DNA of 63,947 bases, filler included. It is 8 parts of 8 records of this genome, joined end to end, with 100 filler letters (N's around TTAATTAATTAA, not from the genome) between each part and the next. Parts side by side here need not be neighbours in the genome. Positions count along the whole stretch, not along the records: positions 21,892 to 30,734 come from DRR723986_15330; positions 30,835 to 37,048 come from DRR723986_15370; positions 37,149 to 43,075 come from DRR723986_15409; 5 more parts are not named here. One strand, 5' to 3'. Below, piece after piece: positions 30,519-40,880 of this stretch. Numbering within the stretch: position 1 is the stretch's first letter; each line of letters begins with the position of its first letter. The position numbers and the translations under genes are program-made. Below the pieces are notes generated by a model. That model had not been told where the DNA came from. It searched no databases and worked only from the letters and a program-made list of their open reading frames with translations.

Positions 30519-30680
30519 ATGAACATCCTCGCCTACCTGATCCCGATCTCGCTGGTGCTGGGCGGCGCCGGTCTGGCGTTCTTCCTGTATACGCTGAGGT
30601 CCAACCAATACGACGACCCCGAGGGCGACGCGCGCCGCATCCTGTCGGGGGAATACGACGACCGGCCCAAGCAGGATTGA
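30519..30680 (+). CDS. ccoS: cbb3 assembly protein CcoS
   Basis: Manual translation MNILAYLIPISLVLGGAGLAFFLYTLRSNQYDDPEGDAARILSGEYDDRPKQD. Confidence 0.92.
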   Translation: MNILAYLIPISLVLGGAGLAFFLYTLRSNQYDDPEGDARRILSGEYDDRPKQD

Positions 30681-30734
30681 GGGGGCGCCCGCCCAAGCCG
30701 CCGGGTCGGGTTGCGGCTGTCGAGGGGGGGGGGG

Positions 30735-30834
30735 NNNNNNNNNNNNNNNNNNNNNNNNNNNNNNNNNNNNNNNNNNNNTTAATTAATTAANNNNNNNNNN
30801 NNNNNNNNNNNNNNNNNNNNNNNNNNNNNNNNNN
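30735..30834. other. Artificial contig spacer
   Basis: N44-TTAATTAATTAA-N44. Confidence 0.99.
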
Positions 30835-31196
30835 ACCAACACAAATCAGAGCAATGAGAAGCACTACGTCACTCGATTCAGGTGTTAATGCAATGCAAAC
30901 CCAACATAAGATCAATGTGTTGCGTTATTCGCTTAGGGAAATTGGGTTGCAAGGACGGGCGCTAGTCCAGAGTCCTAGCGCGAGCTTCAACTAGGTCTGG
31001 CTTCAAAAAGATCCTAGTTTTTCCGCATGGCGTCTCGGACCTTCGAAATGCAAGACTGCCGTCATAACGAGACAACGTCACGCTTGAGTGGTGTTGTCAA
31101 GAAACCTGTAGTCGGAGACGCACACACTCTTGTAGATGCAGAGGTGTTAGTTAGCGAAGGGCAGTCGTCGTAGTCCAGTCGAGTTCCGCAACGGCC

Positions 31197-32750
31197 TCAC
31201 TTTAGGAATCGATGGCCTTCACTGCCGCCAACCAGTCTTTCAATTTGGGCCATAGTACTGGCAAGCGTTGCCTGAGCTCTGGACACTTGAACTTGGTAGC
31301 TTAGCAGTTCTCGATAGGTTTCGATGAGATCCGTGAAGTCTGCTTTCTTGCCTTGATAGTCGGCTGTTGCAATCTCGAGCGTCTGCTCAGTTTTGGGAAT
31401 TAGTCGGTCGCGGAACAACTCAAGCTGTTCTTTGGCTGCGTACGCCGCAGCGACTTGTCGTCGAAGTTGACCTCTCAGGCGATCACGTTCTGCCTCACGA
31501 AGATGGATCGTGCTGTTTCGTTGATGGGCGGCTTCGCGCACACCACTATTGATCCTGTCTCGCCAGATCGGCAAGCTCACTCCGATTGAAAAGTTGATGT
31601 TGTCATGGCCGTTGGCGACCGGACTGATGACATTCTGGTCGTCACTGATAATCGAGTAACCGAGACCGAGCTGAAAGTCCGGATACTGCTGAAGACAAGC
31701 CAAGGTCTGCTTTGCTCGATCACGGGCAATCTCCGCTGCGAGTCCTTGCAAAAATGGATTGCATTGCTCGGCTTCAGCGACTAACAGCTCAAGGTCGGGT
31801 ACGATGTTGGCAGTGCCCAGTTCTTCAAAGGCAGTTGGCATGAGATGCATCGGTTGCCGAACGAGTGTTCCAAGGTCCGCTCGGGCTTGCTCTTTTTGGC
31901 GACTTAGCGAGATCAATTGGTCGTCAAGCTTGTCGCCTTCCATCTCTGCCCGCAGGATGTCTTGTTGGCTCCCGCCGGTTCTGTAGCGAGCCTCGGCGAT
32001 GGTAATCAGATCACCGACGAGTTCTTGGTTCTCTTCAACGATCTCGATCAGCCGGTCAGCTAACCAGAGTTCGTAGTAAGCCAATCGGACGGCTTCGGTG
32101 ATTTCCCGCGCTGCTTTCGCGACCTCTGCTGCAGCAACTTCCGCTTCGCGCTGTGCCACCAAGCCTTGGGCTTTTAGCTTCTCGGGCCAAGGTACTTTTT
32201 GTGCGAGACTAAATTGATGTCCGACACGTCCGCCAGCTGTTTGAAGTGCCTGGTCGTGGATTGGCCAGAACGTGTTCCCGATCACCGGATCGTCAAGCGA
32301 TGTCACTTGCGGGACGCGATTGTTCAGCGCTGCGACGTGTTGTCTTGCTGCCTGAATGCGGGGATGAACCGATAGGGCCTGCGTGATGAGTGTCTGAAGA
32401 TCCGTTTTTGAATTAGTTTCGGTTGGTAGTGGACGAGGCGACGAGTCCTGTTCATTGGGACTCGTCGCCTCGTCCACTACGGCAAGATTCTCGACAAGAT
32501 TCCCCTCTGCATCCTGTTCGATGCGGAAGCTCGCCGCACGAATAATCGATGGCTGAGGGCTCGCTGCCGCTTCTGCTGGCGAAACATCTCCTGACACTGG
32601 AGCTCGCGCATTTCTCGCTGCGAACATGGGTCCGGGATGCGATCTGCAACCGGGATTTGCGAGGCAAACAGCAAGAACCATTAGGCGGAACAACGATCGG
32701 CCAGCCCAATCGAGTGGTTCCTTTTCGATCTTGGTGACTTTCCCTGTCAT
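31197..32750 (-). CDS. TolC/OEP-family outer membrane efflux protein
   Basis: HPRIQAAR, QKVPWPEKL, YPDFQLG, SLPIWR, helical OEP repeats. Confidence 0.88.
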   Translation of the reverse strand: MTGKVTKIEKEPLDWAGRSLFRLMVLAVCLANPGCRSHPGPMFAARNARAPVSGDVSPAEAAASPQPSIIRAASFRIEQDAEGNLVENLAVVDEATSPNEQDSSPRPLPTETNSKTDLQTLITQALSVHPRIQAARQHVAALNNRVPQVTSLDDPVIGNTFWPIHDQALQTAGGRVGHQFSLAQKVPWPEKLKAQGLVAQREAEVAAAEVAKAAREITEAVRLAYYELWLADRLIEIVEENQELVGDLITIAEARYRTGGSQQDILRAEMEGDKLDDQLISLSRQKEQARADLGTLVRQPMHLMPTAFEELGTANIVPDLELLVAEAEQCNPFLQGLAAEIARDRAKQTLACLQQYPDFQLGLGYSIISDDQNVISPVANGHDNINFSIGVSLPIWRDRINSGVREAAHQRNSTIHLREAERDRLRGQLRRQVAAAYAAKEQLELFRDRLIPKTEQTLEIATADYQGKKADFTDLIETYRELLSYQVQVSRAQATLASTMAQIERLVGGSEGHRFLK

Positions 32751-32878
32751 CGAATTCCGGTCAGAAAAACGCGATTAAGTGTGTGAGGTTAGATGATCCG
32801 GCTAAAATCGAACTTGATCCACAACCGGCTCGCAGTGATACTTAAACCTGTCCCGCCGAGTTTCTATCGGGCTCTACC

Positions 32879-33382
32879 ATGAAAAAGTTCCATCCAATCC
32901 GCACTGCCGTCACAATCGGACTAATCATCACAATGATGATCCAGCCGATGGTGGTCGTCGCCGCTGGGGCAATTGATGGCAAACCAGGTAAGCCGGAGTG
33001 CACGGAGACAACTACCGCTTGCGAAGGCTGCGGATGTTGTGAGGTCCAATCCCCGGACGGGCGGTGTTGCTGTTGCGGCGGCAGCGAAGAGACTTCGACA
33101 GACCCGCATTCCGATGGAGACACGCAGGCGTCCGAGTTGGAAGGGCAACCGCGAGCTTCATTGCTAGGTGTGTGCCTTTGCGGCGTGATGGTCCCGCCTA
33201 TGGACCGTGGTGATAGGTGTCCTGAACGAATCATTGTTCGTCATGTTGCCATGTCTGAAGCGGTCGCAGATGAGAGTATCTGTAGACGACCGAGGTCCGA
33301 GGCGATACCGGTGGGTTTTCTTCGCGAGGCGATTCCTGCTCCTCGCTATACCCAGCGTTTCTTGTGTACGTGGCTTATTTGA
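32879..33382 (+). CDS. Cys-rich signal-peptide-bearing protein; candidate metal-responsive leader ORF
   Basis: Hydrophobic N-terminus, 14 Cys (CEGCGCC, CCCC, CLC), C-terminus PAPRYTQRFLCTWLI. Confidence 0.7.
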   Translation: MKKFHPIRTAVTIGLIITMMIQPMVVVAAGAIDGKPGKPECTETTTACEGCGCCEVQSPDGRCCCCGGSEETSTDPHSDGDTQASELEGQPRASLLGVCLCGVMVPPMDRGDRCPERIIVRHVAMSEAVADESICRRPRSEAIPVGFLREAIPAPRYTQRFLCTWLI

Positions 33383-33646
33383 CGCCACCGCTGCGCGCCG
33401 ATTTCTAGCTTTTCAGCCAGTGATTGAGTCGCGTCTCTTCTTATGAACCGGTCCATTCGCATTGTCCATCGGACGTGCGTTTGGAGCTAACTGCCAAGTG
33501 TTCGCGTCACGAGTGTTTCGTGCGCCGACTTGGCTACACACCCCGATTTTGATTTCCACGGTCTGCACCAACGGGATCCACTGTGCGCAAATCCAAAGTA
33601 ACCGAGTCAAGCTGCGTCATGTCGTTATTGATCATGGGATCGAGCG

Positions 33647-35791
33647 ATGACTGAGCCAACGAAGAAAGCCAGAAGTGACGAGAAGACCGAGGCGGTTTCG
33701 AACGCACCAATGACTTCGGTGGAGGCACCGGGATCGGTTGAAACCGACGAATCTACAGCATCGCGCAGTGAACCACCTAAGCCCTTGATGTCGCGACTTG
33801 CTGGCTTGAAATGGCTTGGGAGAACGGCCACTCAGGCGTTGGTCCTTGCTGCTGTATTTGTTGGCGGTATCGCGTTGATCGGTGTTGCGCAGCGTGCAGG
33901 ATGGATCAAGACGGAAGGATCAGGCGAGTCCACTGGTGCGTCAGTGACATCATCGAAAGAGCAAAGATACATCTGCCCAATGATGTGCGTCCCGCCGACG
34001 ACCGAGCCTGGTCGCTGTCCAGTTTGCGGCATGGAACTCGTTGAAGCCGCTGCGGGTACCGGTGGCGATGGTATTTCGATTTCCATCGAACCGACACATC
34101 GACGGCTCATCGGTGTGCGTACCGCAATGGCCACGCTGGATTCGGTGAATCGAACGATTCGCACGATCGGATCCATCACCTACGACGAAAGTCAGCTGTC
34201 CACGATTTCGGCTTACGTTGATGGAAGACTCGAAAAGCTTTACGCGGACTATGTCGGAGTGCCGGTACGCGAAGGCGACGACCTGGCGCTGATTTACAGC
34301 CCGGAACTCTATACGGCGCAGGCCGAGTTCTTGTCGGCCCAAGAACAGAAGACCTCAAGCCGTTTCATTGACGGTTCGAGGTTGCGGGAGTTGGCTGCCG
34401 AGAAGTTGCTTGAGCTTGGGATGTCGGAGACGCAGATTGAAACGCTGAAGCGAGAGCAAAACGCGAAGTCACGGATACGCATCAAGTCTCCTCAGAAGGG
34501 CACTGTCATCCAGAAGATGGCTGTCGAGGGCGACTACGTGAAGACTGGTCAAGGCATCTATCGCGTAGCAGATCTGTCGACGGTTTGGATGATGCTTGAT
34601 CTGTTTCCGGATGACGCTGCGAGAGTGCTCTTTGGTCAAGAGGTCGAAGCAGAGATCTCCTCAGCGCCGGGGATTGTGTTTACTGGCCGCGTGGCATTTA
34701 TCGATCCAACGGTCGATCCGAAAACTCGCGCGGTAAGAGTTCGCGTTGAGATGCTCAATCTCGATGGAAAGCTCCGCCCAGGCGATTACGCAACCGCACG
34801 CATCTCGGTGCCCGCGATTCCTCGGGAGCAGGTGTACGATCCGGCATTGGCTGGAAAGTACATCAGCCCGATGCACCCGCAGATTATACGAGACGCACCG
34901 GGAACATGTCCCATCTGCGACATGGACTTGATTCCGACAACGCAGCTTGGCTTTTCCGAGGTTCCTTTGCCTGAACAGCAGGTCGTTACAGTACCGCGCG
35001 ACGCGGTTCTCATGGCCGGCAACAACAGTGTGGTCTATGTCGAAGTCGAGCCGGGGAGATTCGAGGTTCGGCGGATCGCACTAGGAACTCTGACCGATCG
35101 TGAAGCGATCGTAGCGGAGGGTCTCGGCGCGGGTGAAATCGTTGCGACCGACGGCAACTTCCTGTTGGATTCACAATCTCAACTAGCAGGGAATCCGTCA
35201 TTGCTGGACCCTTCGCGTGCCCCGAGGTTTGCGGCTGGCCCGTTGCAAGTAAAGAGTGAAGGTGCACCCGTTAATCTCACCGGTGATGCAGCGATCGCGT
35301 TTGACAGTGCCTTCGATGCGTACTTTGAGATTCAGGAATCACTCGCAAACGATTCGACGGCTTCCCCGGTCTCGGTGAACACACTCATCAGTAGCCTCGC
35401 CACAACTCTCGCTGACAACGCAGTTCCAGACGAAGCGCAGCGTGAACTTCTCGTCGCACGCAGCGCAGCGGAACGCTTGGTGGGGCAACTCGAAGATTCC
35501 CGCGTTGCTTTTCGTACCGTCAGTCACGCATTGATCAAGACAATGCAAGTCGCTCGTGGAGAGAAGACCAAGAACGGAGTCAATCACTTCTTCTGCCCCA
35601 TGGTGCCTGGCGGTGGAGGTGATTGGCTGCAAGCAAACGCAGATCTCAAGAATCCGTATTGGGGAGCCGAGATGCTGACCTGCGGAGAACTGGTAAGCGA
35701 CCTCTCGCTAAACCCGGAATCTTCACCAGCAGAAGCGATTGATGATCCGTTCGGGGGACTCGAGGTTCAAAGCCTTGAATTTGAAAACTAA
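33647..35791 (+). CDS. CusB-like RND periplasmic adaptor with two heavy-metal-binding domains and a DUF3347-like C-terminus
   Basis: YICPMM..CPVCGM, YSPELY.AQ.E, ADLSTVW, YISPMHP..CPICDM, FFCPM..NPYWG..MLTCG. Confidence 0.88.
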   Translation: MTEPTKKARSDEKTEAVSNAPMTSVEAPGSVETDESTASRSEPPKPLMSRLAGLKWLGRTATQALVLAAVFVGGIALIGVAQRAGWIKTEGSGESTGASVTSSKEQRYICPMMCVPPTTEPGRCPVCGMELVEAAAGTGGDGISISIEPTHRRLIGVRTAMATLDSVNRTIRTIGSITYDESQLSTISAYVDGRLEKLYADYVGVPVREGDDLALIYSPELYTAQAEFLSAQEQKTSSRFIDGSRLRELAAEKLLELGMSETQIETLKREQNAKSRIRIKSPQKGTVIQKMAVEGDYVKTGQGIYRVADLSTVWMMLDLFPDDAARVLFGQEVEAEISSAPGIVFTGRVAFIDPTVDPKTRAVRVRVEMLNLDGKLRPGDYATARISVPAIPREQVYDPALAGKYISPMHPQIIRDAPGTCPICDMDLIPTTQLGFSEVPLPEQQVVTVPRDAVLMAGNNSVVYVEVEPGRFEVRRIALGTLTDREAIVAEGLGAGEIVATDGNFLLDSQSQLAGNPSLLDPSRAPRFAAGPLQVKSEGAPVNLTGDAAIAFDSAFDAYFEIQESLANDSTASPVSVNTLISSLATTLADNAVPDEAQRELLVARSAAERLVGQLEDSRVAFRTVSHALIKTMQVARGEKTKNGVNHFFCPMVPGGGGDWLQANADLKNPYWGAEMLTCGELVSDLSLNPESSPAEAIDDPFGGLEVQSLEFEN

Positions 35792-35800
35792 GCCATAAGC

Positions 35801-37048
35801 ATGCTGAAGAAACTGATTCAATTCTGTACCAACGAACCTTACCTGGTGATGCTTGCCGTCATCGGCGTGAGCGTCTTTGGTTGGTTCAGTTTCAAGGCGG
35901 TGCCGATCGATGCGATTCCCAACGTAGGGGAGAACCAAGTCATTGTTCTGACGCCTTGGCCGGGGCGTTCACCCAAAGATATCGAAGACCAAATCACGTA
36001 TCCGCTAAGCGTTTCCTTGCTGGCAGTACCCGGTGCCGAGTCGGTACGAGGCAAGAGCCTGTTTGGCTATAGCTTCGTTCAAGTGACTTTCGCCGATAGC
36101 GTTGACTTCTATTGGGCACGAAGTCGCGTGTCCGAACAACTCGGCGTGGCGGCATCCCAATTGCCAGAAGGCATAAGCCCTCAGCTCGGACCCGACGCCA
36201 CTGGATTGGGCCAAGTGCTGTACTACGTTTTGGAGCCGCCTAAAGAAGGTATGTCGCTCGCTGATTTACGCAGCATGCAGGACTTCGTCATCAAGTACGA
36301 ACTCCAAGCGGTGGAAGGCGTAAGTGAAGTGGCTTCGATTGGTGGATACGTTCGCCAGTACCAGATCGAAGTCGACCCCGACAAGCTGCGCTACTTCGGT
36401 GTCCCGCTCGACAAAGTGATGATGTCGGTGAAGAGCTCCAATATGGATGTGGGGGCGAAAACACTCGAAACAACGGGAATGGAGTTTATCCTTCGTGGAA
36501 AGGGATTTCTCGGTACCGACGGAGATCGGGCTAAAGCTCTCCGAGATCTTGAAGACACGGTTGTCGACCAACGAGACGGCGTGCCTGTTCGTATTCGCGA
36601 CCTAGCAACCGTACAGCTCGGACCGGACTTTCGTCGGGGCGCTCTCGATTTCAATGGAGCTGAAGCTGTCGGTGGCGTCGTGGTCATGCGTTACGGTGAG
36701 AATCCACGCGATGTGATTGCTCGTGTCCAAGAGAAAATCGCTCAGCTTGAGCCGGCACTAAGCGGAGTCACGATTCGATCTGTGTACGACCGCACTGGCC
36801 TGATCGATGAGACAATGGCCACTCTGACCGACGCGCTGATGGAGGAAGTTCTCATTACCTCGGCGGTCATTCTGCTGTTTCTATTGCACATTCGAAGCAG
36901 CTTTATCGTTGCGATCTGTTTGCCCGTGGCCGTCCTGATTTCGTTTATCGCCATGCGGTTTGTCGGCGTCGAGTCGAACATCATGTCTTTGGCCGGCATC
37001 GCAATCGCCATAGGCACCATGGTCGATATGGGAATCATCGTTTCCGAG
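35801..37048 (+). CDS. cusA: CusA/SilA-type heavy-metal RND permease, N-terminal part
   Basis: DAIPNVGENQVIV, GPDATGLG, EVASIGG, NIMSLAGIAIAIGTMVD. Confidence 0.9.
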
Positions 37049-37148
37049 NNNNNNNNNNNNNNNNNNNNNNNNNNNNNNNNNNNNNNNNNNNNTTAATTAA
37101 TTAANNNNNNNNNNNNNNNNNNNNNNNNNNNNNNNNNNNNNNNNNNNN
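37049..37148. other. Artificial contig spacer
   Basis: N44-TTAATTAATTAA-N44. Confidence 0.99.
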
Positions 37149-37658
37149 CTTGCGGAACACGAGGTTGCCGGTGTCGTCAGCCTTCCACGCCTTGACGATG
37201 GACAGGTCCGCGAAGATGCCTTCTTCAAGGATATAGTCCTGGCCGTTCCACGACTTCACTTCCTTGCCCTCGGCAATCACTGTGCCGACGCCGGTCTTGG
37301 TGTAGAAACCGGGAATGCCCGCACCACCGGCGCGCATGCGCTCGGCCAGCGTGCCTTGCGGGTTGAATTCCAGCTCCAGCTCACCCGACAGGTACTGGCG
37401 CATGAATTCGGCGTTCTCGCCCACATAAGAGGACATCATTTTCTTGATCTGGCGCGTGTCGAGCAGCTTGCCCAACCCGAACCCGTCAACGCCCGCGTTG
37501 TTGGAGGCAACCGTCAGATCCTTGGTGCCCGCTTTCACGATCCCGTCGATCAGCAGTTCGGGAATGCCGCACAGGCCAAAGCCCCCGGCTGCGATCAGCA
37601 TGCCGTCGAAGAGGACGCCCTCCAGCGCCTCGTCGGCAGAGCCATATACTTTCTTCAT
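37149..37658 (-). CDS. scoA: 3-oxoacid CoA-transferase subunit A (truncated by contig end)
   Basis: [29 protein letters not shown]. Confidence 0.9.
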
Positions 37659-37802
37659 GGATGAACTCCCGTCAAATTCCTCGGCGCAACCTGCCGCGCG
37701 CCGTGGGAAAGAGTCAACGCGCCCCGGCAGCGCAGCGGTCGGTTCCCCTGCAATACGGAAAAACACCCCCCGGGCAACTGAAATAACGGGGAGTAGGTAT
37801 TT

Positions 37803-38912
37803 CTACGGCCCCTCAAGTGCGTCTTCCATTTCGGCCAGCAGCACCGAGCAGTAGTTTTGGAATCTCTGCCCCGGCTGGCGGGCGTTGAACGTGTCCAGCA
37901 TCGGATCGGGCGCGGTGATGCGGCTGCCGGATAGCTCCTGAATGACCGCATGGCCGCAGAAGGGCACATAGGCCTCCAGATAGCCGCCCTCATGAACCAG
38001 AACCAACCGCCCGTCACAAAGCTGCGCTGCCGCTTCCTTGGCCATCGTGGTCATCAGACGGAAGGTTTCAGAGGTTGCCAGCATTCGGCCGAGCGGGTCC
38101 AGCGGCGCGGCGTCATAGCCGCTGGCCACGATGATCACATCGGGCTGGAAATCGGCCAGCGCCGGGATGACCAGACGTTCCATCGCCTCCAGATAGGTGC
38201 TGTGACCGGCCCCGGCGGGAAGCGGGATGTTGAGGTTGTACCCCTCGCCCACGCCCGATCCACGATCCTCGAAATCGCCGGTATCCAGCGGATAATTGCG
38301 TTCCTGATGAATCGAAACAGTCAGCACATCATCGCGGTCATAGAAAATCGCCTCGGTCCCGTTGCCGTGATGCACGTCCCAATCCAGCACGGCGACCCGG
38401 TCCACCATGCCCGCTGCAAAGGCCGCCTCTGTCGCGATGGCTATATTGGCCAGAAGGCAAAAACCGTTGGGGAAATCCGGCAGGCAATGATGCCCCGGTG
38501 GCCGCGACAGGGCATAAGCATTGTCGACTTCACCGCGCAGCGTGGCAAAGAGCGCTTCTTTCGCAAGGCCCGCAGATACCCGCGCAATGTCGTAGCCCCC
38601 CGGCCCGAACGGCGTGCGCAGGCCCAGTTCGCCGCCGCCCGCCTCTGACATATCGCGAAATGCGGTCAGGTAGCTTTGCGGATGCACTCGAAGAAGGTCT
38701 TCCTCTGACACCATCGGGGCCTGACGCACATCCAGATCCCCCATCAACCCGGTGACCTCCATCAGGTTCTTCAGCCGCCGCTTGGTTTCAGGGTTTTCCG
38801 GCAAGCCCCCGGTCATCATCGGTTGAACCAACCCGCCAACCGGCAGCATCATCGCGTAATTGCCGCCCGAATGCCAAAAGCAACGCTCGTCCCAAAAGAA
38901 CCCAGTGGCCAT
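37803..38912 (-). CDS. Class II histone deacetylase-like amidohydrolase
   Basis: RPPGHH, GFC, DWDVHHGNGT, HEGGY. Confidence 0.93.
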   Translation of the reverse strand: MATGFFWDERCFWHSGGNYAMMLPVGGLVQPMMTGGLPENPETKRRLKNLMEVTGLMGDLDVRQAPMVSEEDLLRVHPQSYLTAFRDMSEAGGGELGLRTPFGPGGYDIARVSAGLAKEALFATLRGEVDNAYALSRPPGHHCLPDFPNGFCLLANIAIATEAAFAAGMVDRVAVLDWDVHHGNGTEAIFYDRDDVLTVSIHQERNYPLDTGDFEDRGSGVGEGYNLNIPLPAGAGHSTYLEAMERLVIPALADFQPDVIIVASGYDAAPLDPLGRMLATSETFRLMTTMAKEAAAQLCDGRLVLVHEGGYLEAYVPFCGHAVIQELSGSRITAPDPMLDTFNARQPGQRFQNYCSVLLAEMEDALEGP

Positions 38913-39061
38913 GCCGATCCCTTCCTTCTTGCAAGGGGAAGGGTGACGGCAGTTGCGATCTGGTGCAAGCATTTGCACAGACTGATTGCCGCAAGTGGCC
39001 CGTCAAGGAACGCCGAACAGATTATTCTGGAAAAATCTTCCTGAAAAAGACATTGAACCTC

Positions 39062-39331
39062 ATGGCCCGCAACACACCCGATCTCAGGATCTTGGCCGTT
39101 TCCGGAACCCGGATCGCCCTGCGCGTGACCCCCAAGGCGTCTCGTAACGAGGTGCTGGCGGCCGAGACCCCTGACGCACCGCTGCGCATCTACGTCACGA
39201 CGGTGCCAGAGGGCGGTAAAGCCAACGCGGCGGTGCTGAAACTGCTGTCAAAGGCGCTTGGCGTGCCGAAGTCGCGGTTGTCTGTCGTGCAAGGGGAAAC
39301 GAGCCGCGACAAGCTGGTGCAGATCGACTGA
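39062..39331 (+). CDS. DUF167 (YggU) family protein
   Basis: VTPKASRN, PEGGKAN, GETSRDK. Confidence 0.88.
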   Translation: MARNTPDLRILAVSGTRIALRVTPKASRNEVLAAETPDAPLRIYVTTVPEGGKANAAVLKLLSKALGVPKSRLSVVQGETSRDKLVQID

Positions 39332-39369
39332 GCCTTGCCCAAGCCCGCCCGATCTGTTGGGATCGGCCC

Positions 39370-39717
39370 ATGTCCGATCCAACCGACGCAGATCTTGCCA
39401 CCCGCTATCGCCCCCTGCTGGAGCGGGAGCGCTCGGCTCTCCAGCAATCCTCTGCCGATACGGCAGAGGGCCGCAAGCCGGTGGAACTGGACCAGTCCAG
39501 CATCGGACGCCTGTCGCGGCAGGACGCGCTACAGGGGCAAGCGATGGCCACGGCGCTCGATGCTCGCCGTCACGGTCGCCTGCGCGCCATCGCGGCGGCC
39601 CTCGGGCGCATCGAAGCGGCTGAGTACGGTTGGTGCGAGGATTGCGGAGACTTCATAGGCTTCCCCCGGCTGGACGTGGACCCGTGCGCAGTGCGCTGCG
39701 TCTCTTGCGCGGCCTAG
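39370..39717 (+). CDS. TraR/DksA C4 zinc-finger protein
   Basis: VELDQSSIGRLSRQDALQ; CEDC...CVSC. Confidence 0.88.
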   Translation: MSDPTDADLATRYRPLLERERSALQQSSADTAEGRKPVELDQSSIGRLSRQDALQGQAMATALDARRHGRLRAIAAALGRIEAAEYGWCEDCGDFIGFPRLDVDPCAVRCVSCAA

Positions 39718-40445
39718 TCCAGCCAATGCGTCAGATCGTGCCCGATCTGATCCTGCAACAAGGTGATGTCATCGCGGTAATAGGTTTTCAGGTCCGATTT
39801 CAGCGCCTTTGACAGGACCGGCATTTGGTCCCATTTGGTGTTGGTGATCTTGACCGCCTTGGCGTTGGCCCTGAAATCCAGCTTGCGTTTGGGCACGTCG
39901 CAGACCACGCCGAGATCGGCCATGACCCGGGTCAGGAAGGCGGGTTGGTCGGCCGCGAGATCGTCATAGAGATAGATGCGCAGGCCGGGGACGTACTGTC
40001 GCCAGTGCTGAAGGATCGCGCCATAGCGCCCATAGGCCAGCATGTTATGGGCGTCACTCATCTGGGTGATCTCGGGCGTATAGGGCAGGCGGCGGCGCAT
40101 CATGTGGTGGGTGTAGGCGCTGAGATAGCGGTCAACCGGGTTGCGCAGCACCGCCAGGGTTTCAATGCCGGGCAGATAGTCCGCCACGCGCGAGGCCACG
40201 TCGATACCGCCTTCGGGTAGGCTGAAATATCCGGGGGTGGACTCGAAGCGATAGCGCAGTTCCGCGTCATCAGGAAAGACGTTGGAATACTCTTCCAGCC
40301 GCTCCGGGAAATCTGGCAGAAGCAGAAAGTTCAGCTCTTTGAACCGGGCGTTCGCACCGAAATATCGAGACCGCAGCAGCGCCTTGTGGAGCCAGGTGGT
40401 GCCGCTCTTCTGGGCGCCGACAATCAGGAGATTCGGAAGAGGCAT
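39714..40445 (-). CDS. Sulfotransferase family protein
   Basis: 5'-PSB GAQKSGTT, KE..F, ESTPGY, 3'-PB LRNPVDRYLS. Confidence 0.87.
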   Translation of the reverse strand: MPLPNLLIVGAQKSGTTWLHKALLRSRYFGANARFKELNFLLLPDFPERLEEYSNVFPDDAELRYRFESTPGYFSLPEGGIDVASRVADYLPGIETLAVLRNPVDRYLSAYTHHMMRRRLPYTPEITQMSDAHNMLAYGRYGAILQHWRQYVPGLRIYLYDDLAADQPAFLTRVMADLGVVCDVPKRKLDFRANAKAVKITNTKWDQMPVLSKALKSDLKTYYRDDITLLQDQIGHDLTHWLD

Positions 40446-40473
40446 GGTCAGATTGACTTGCTTTATTCGGGGG

Positions 40474-40725
40474 TTAGTCTTGCCCTGAGATGGGAACCGT
40501 ACGGATTCGATAGATGCCTTCAGGCAGATCCAGCGCGGCGGCGAGGTCACGCAATTGCGAGTCCGACAGGGTGATTTTCTGAACCCTGTCGCTATGGGCG
40601 TCATATTGTTCCAGCGTCACGCATTCTTCAAAGGCCGAGATCGTCAGATCTTCGTGCAGCGGGGCCGCGCCCTCGTCGACCAGTGTTATGACGGTCGCGT
40701 CGAATTCGTGCTCAATCGTAAACAT
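40474..40725 (-). CDS. Small conserved hypothetical protein
   Basis: MFTIEHEFDATVITLVDE...LDLPEGIY; coding-like composition. Confidence 0.7.
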   Translation of the reverse strand: MFTIEHEFDATVITLVDEGAAPLHEDLTISAFEECVTLEQYDAHSDRVQKITLSDSQLRDLAAALDLPEGIYRIRTVPISGQD

Positions 40726-40791
40726 GACGCCAGACTATGATGCCTCGCGGACCTTGCCTAGCCCGTTTGCCGGAAATTCGGGCAGGGATGC

Positions 40792-40805
40792 TTGATCTGA
40801 GTCAA
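40792..40805 (+). promoter_or_regulatory. FNR/FnrL box
   Basis: TTGATCTGAGTCAA, 75 nt upstream of the DUF6455-like pair. Confidence 0.7.
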
Positions 40806-40880
40806 GGTTCCCTCGCGGGGAATAAGCGAGGCTTGCACAAGGTTGACCACGACGGACCGACCCGGATTCAGGAGACCGAG

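Noticed and set aside
27783..30608. 941-aa minus-strand ORF and many other long antisense ORFs
   Set aside because: Shadow frames of high-GC genes with no recognisable motifs.
30724..30734. Poly-G tract as a phase-variation site
   Set aside because: It lies at the contig end in non-coding sequence and is probably an assembly break.
26237..37048. Apparent copper supercluster (ccoGHIS next to tolC-cusBA)
   Set aside because: A spacer at 30735-30834 separates them and the composition differs clearly; they come from different organisms.
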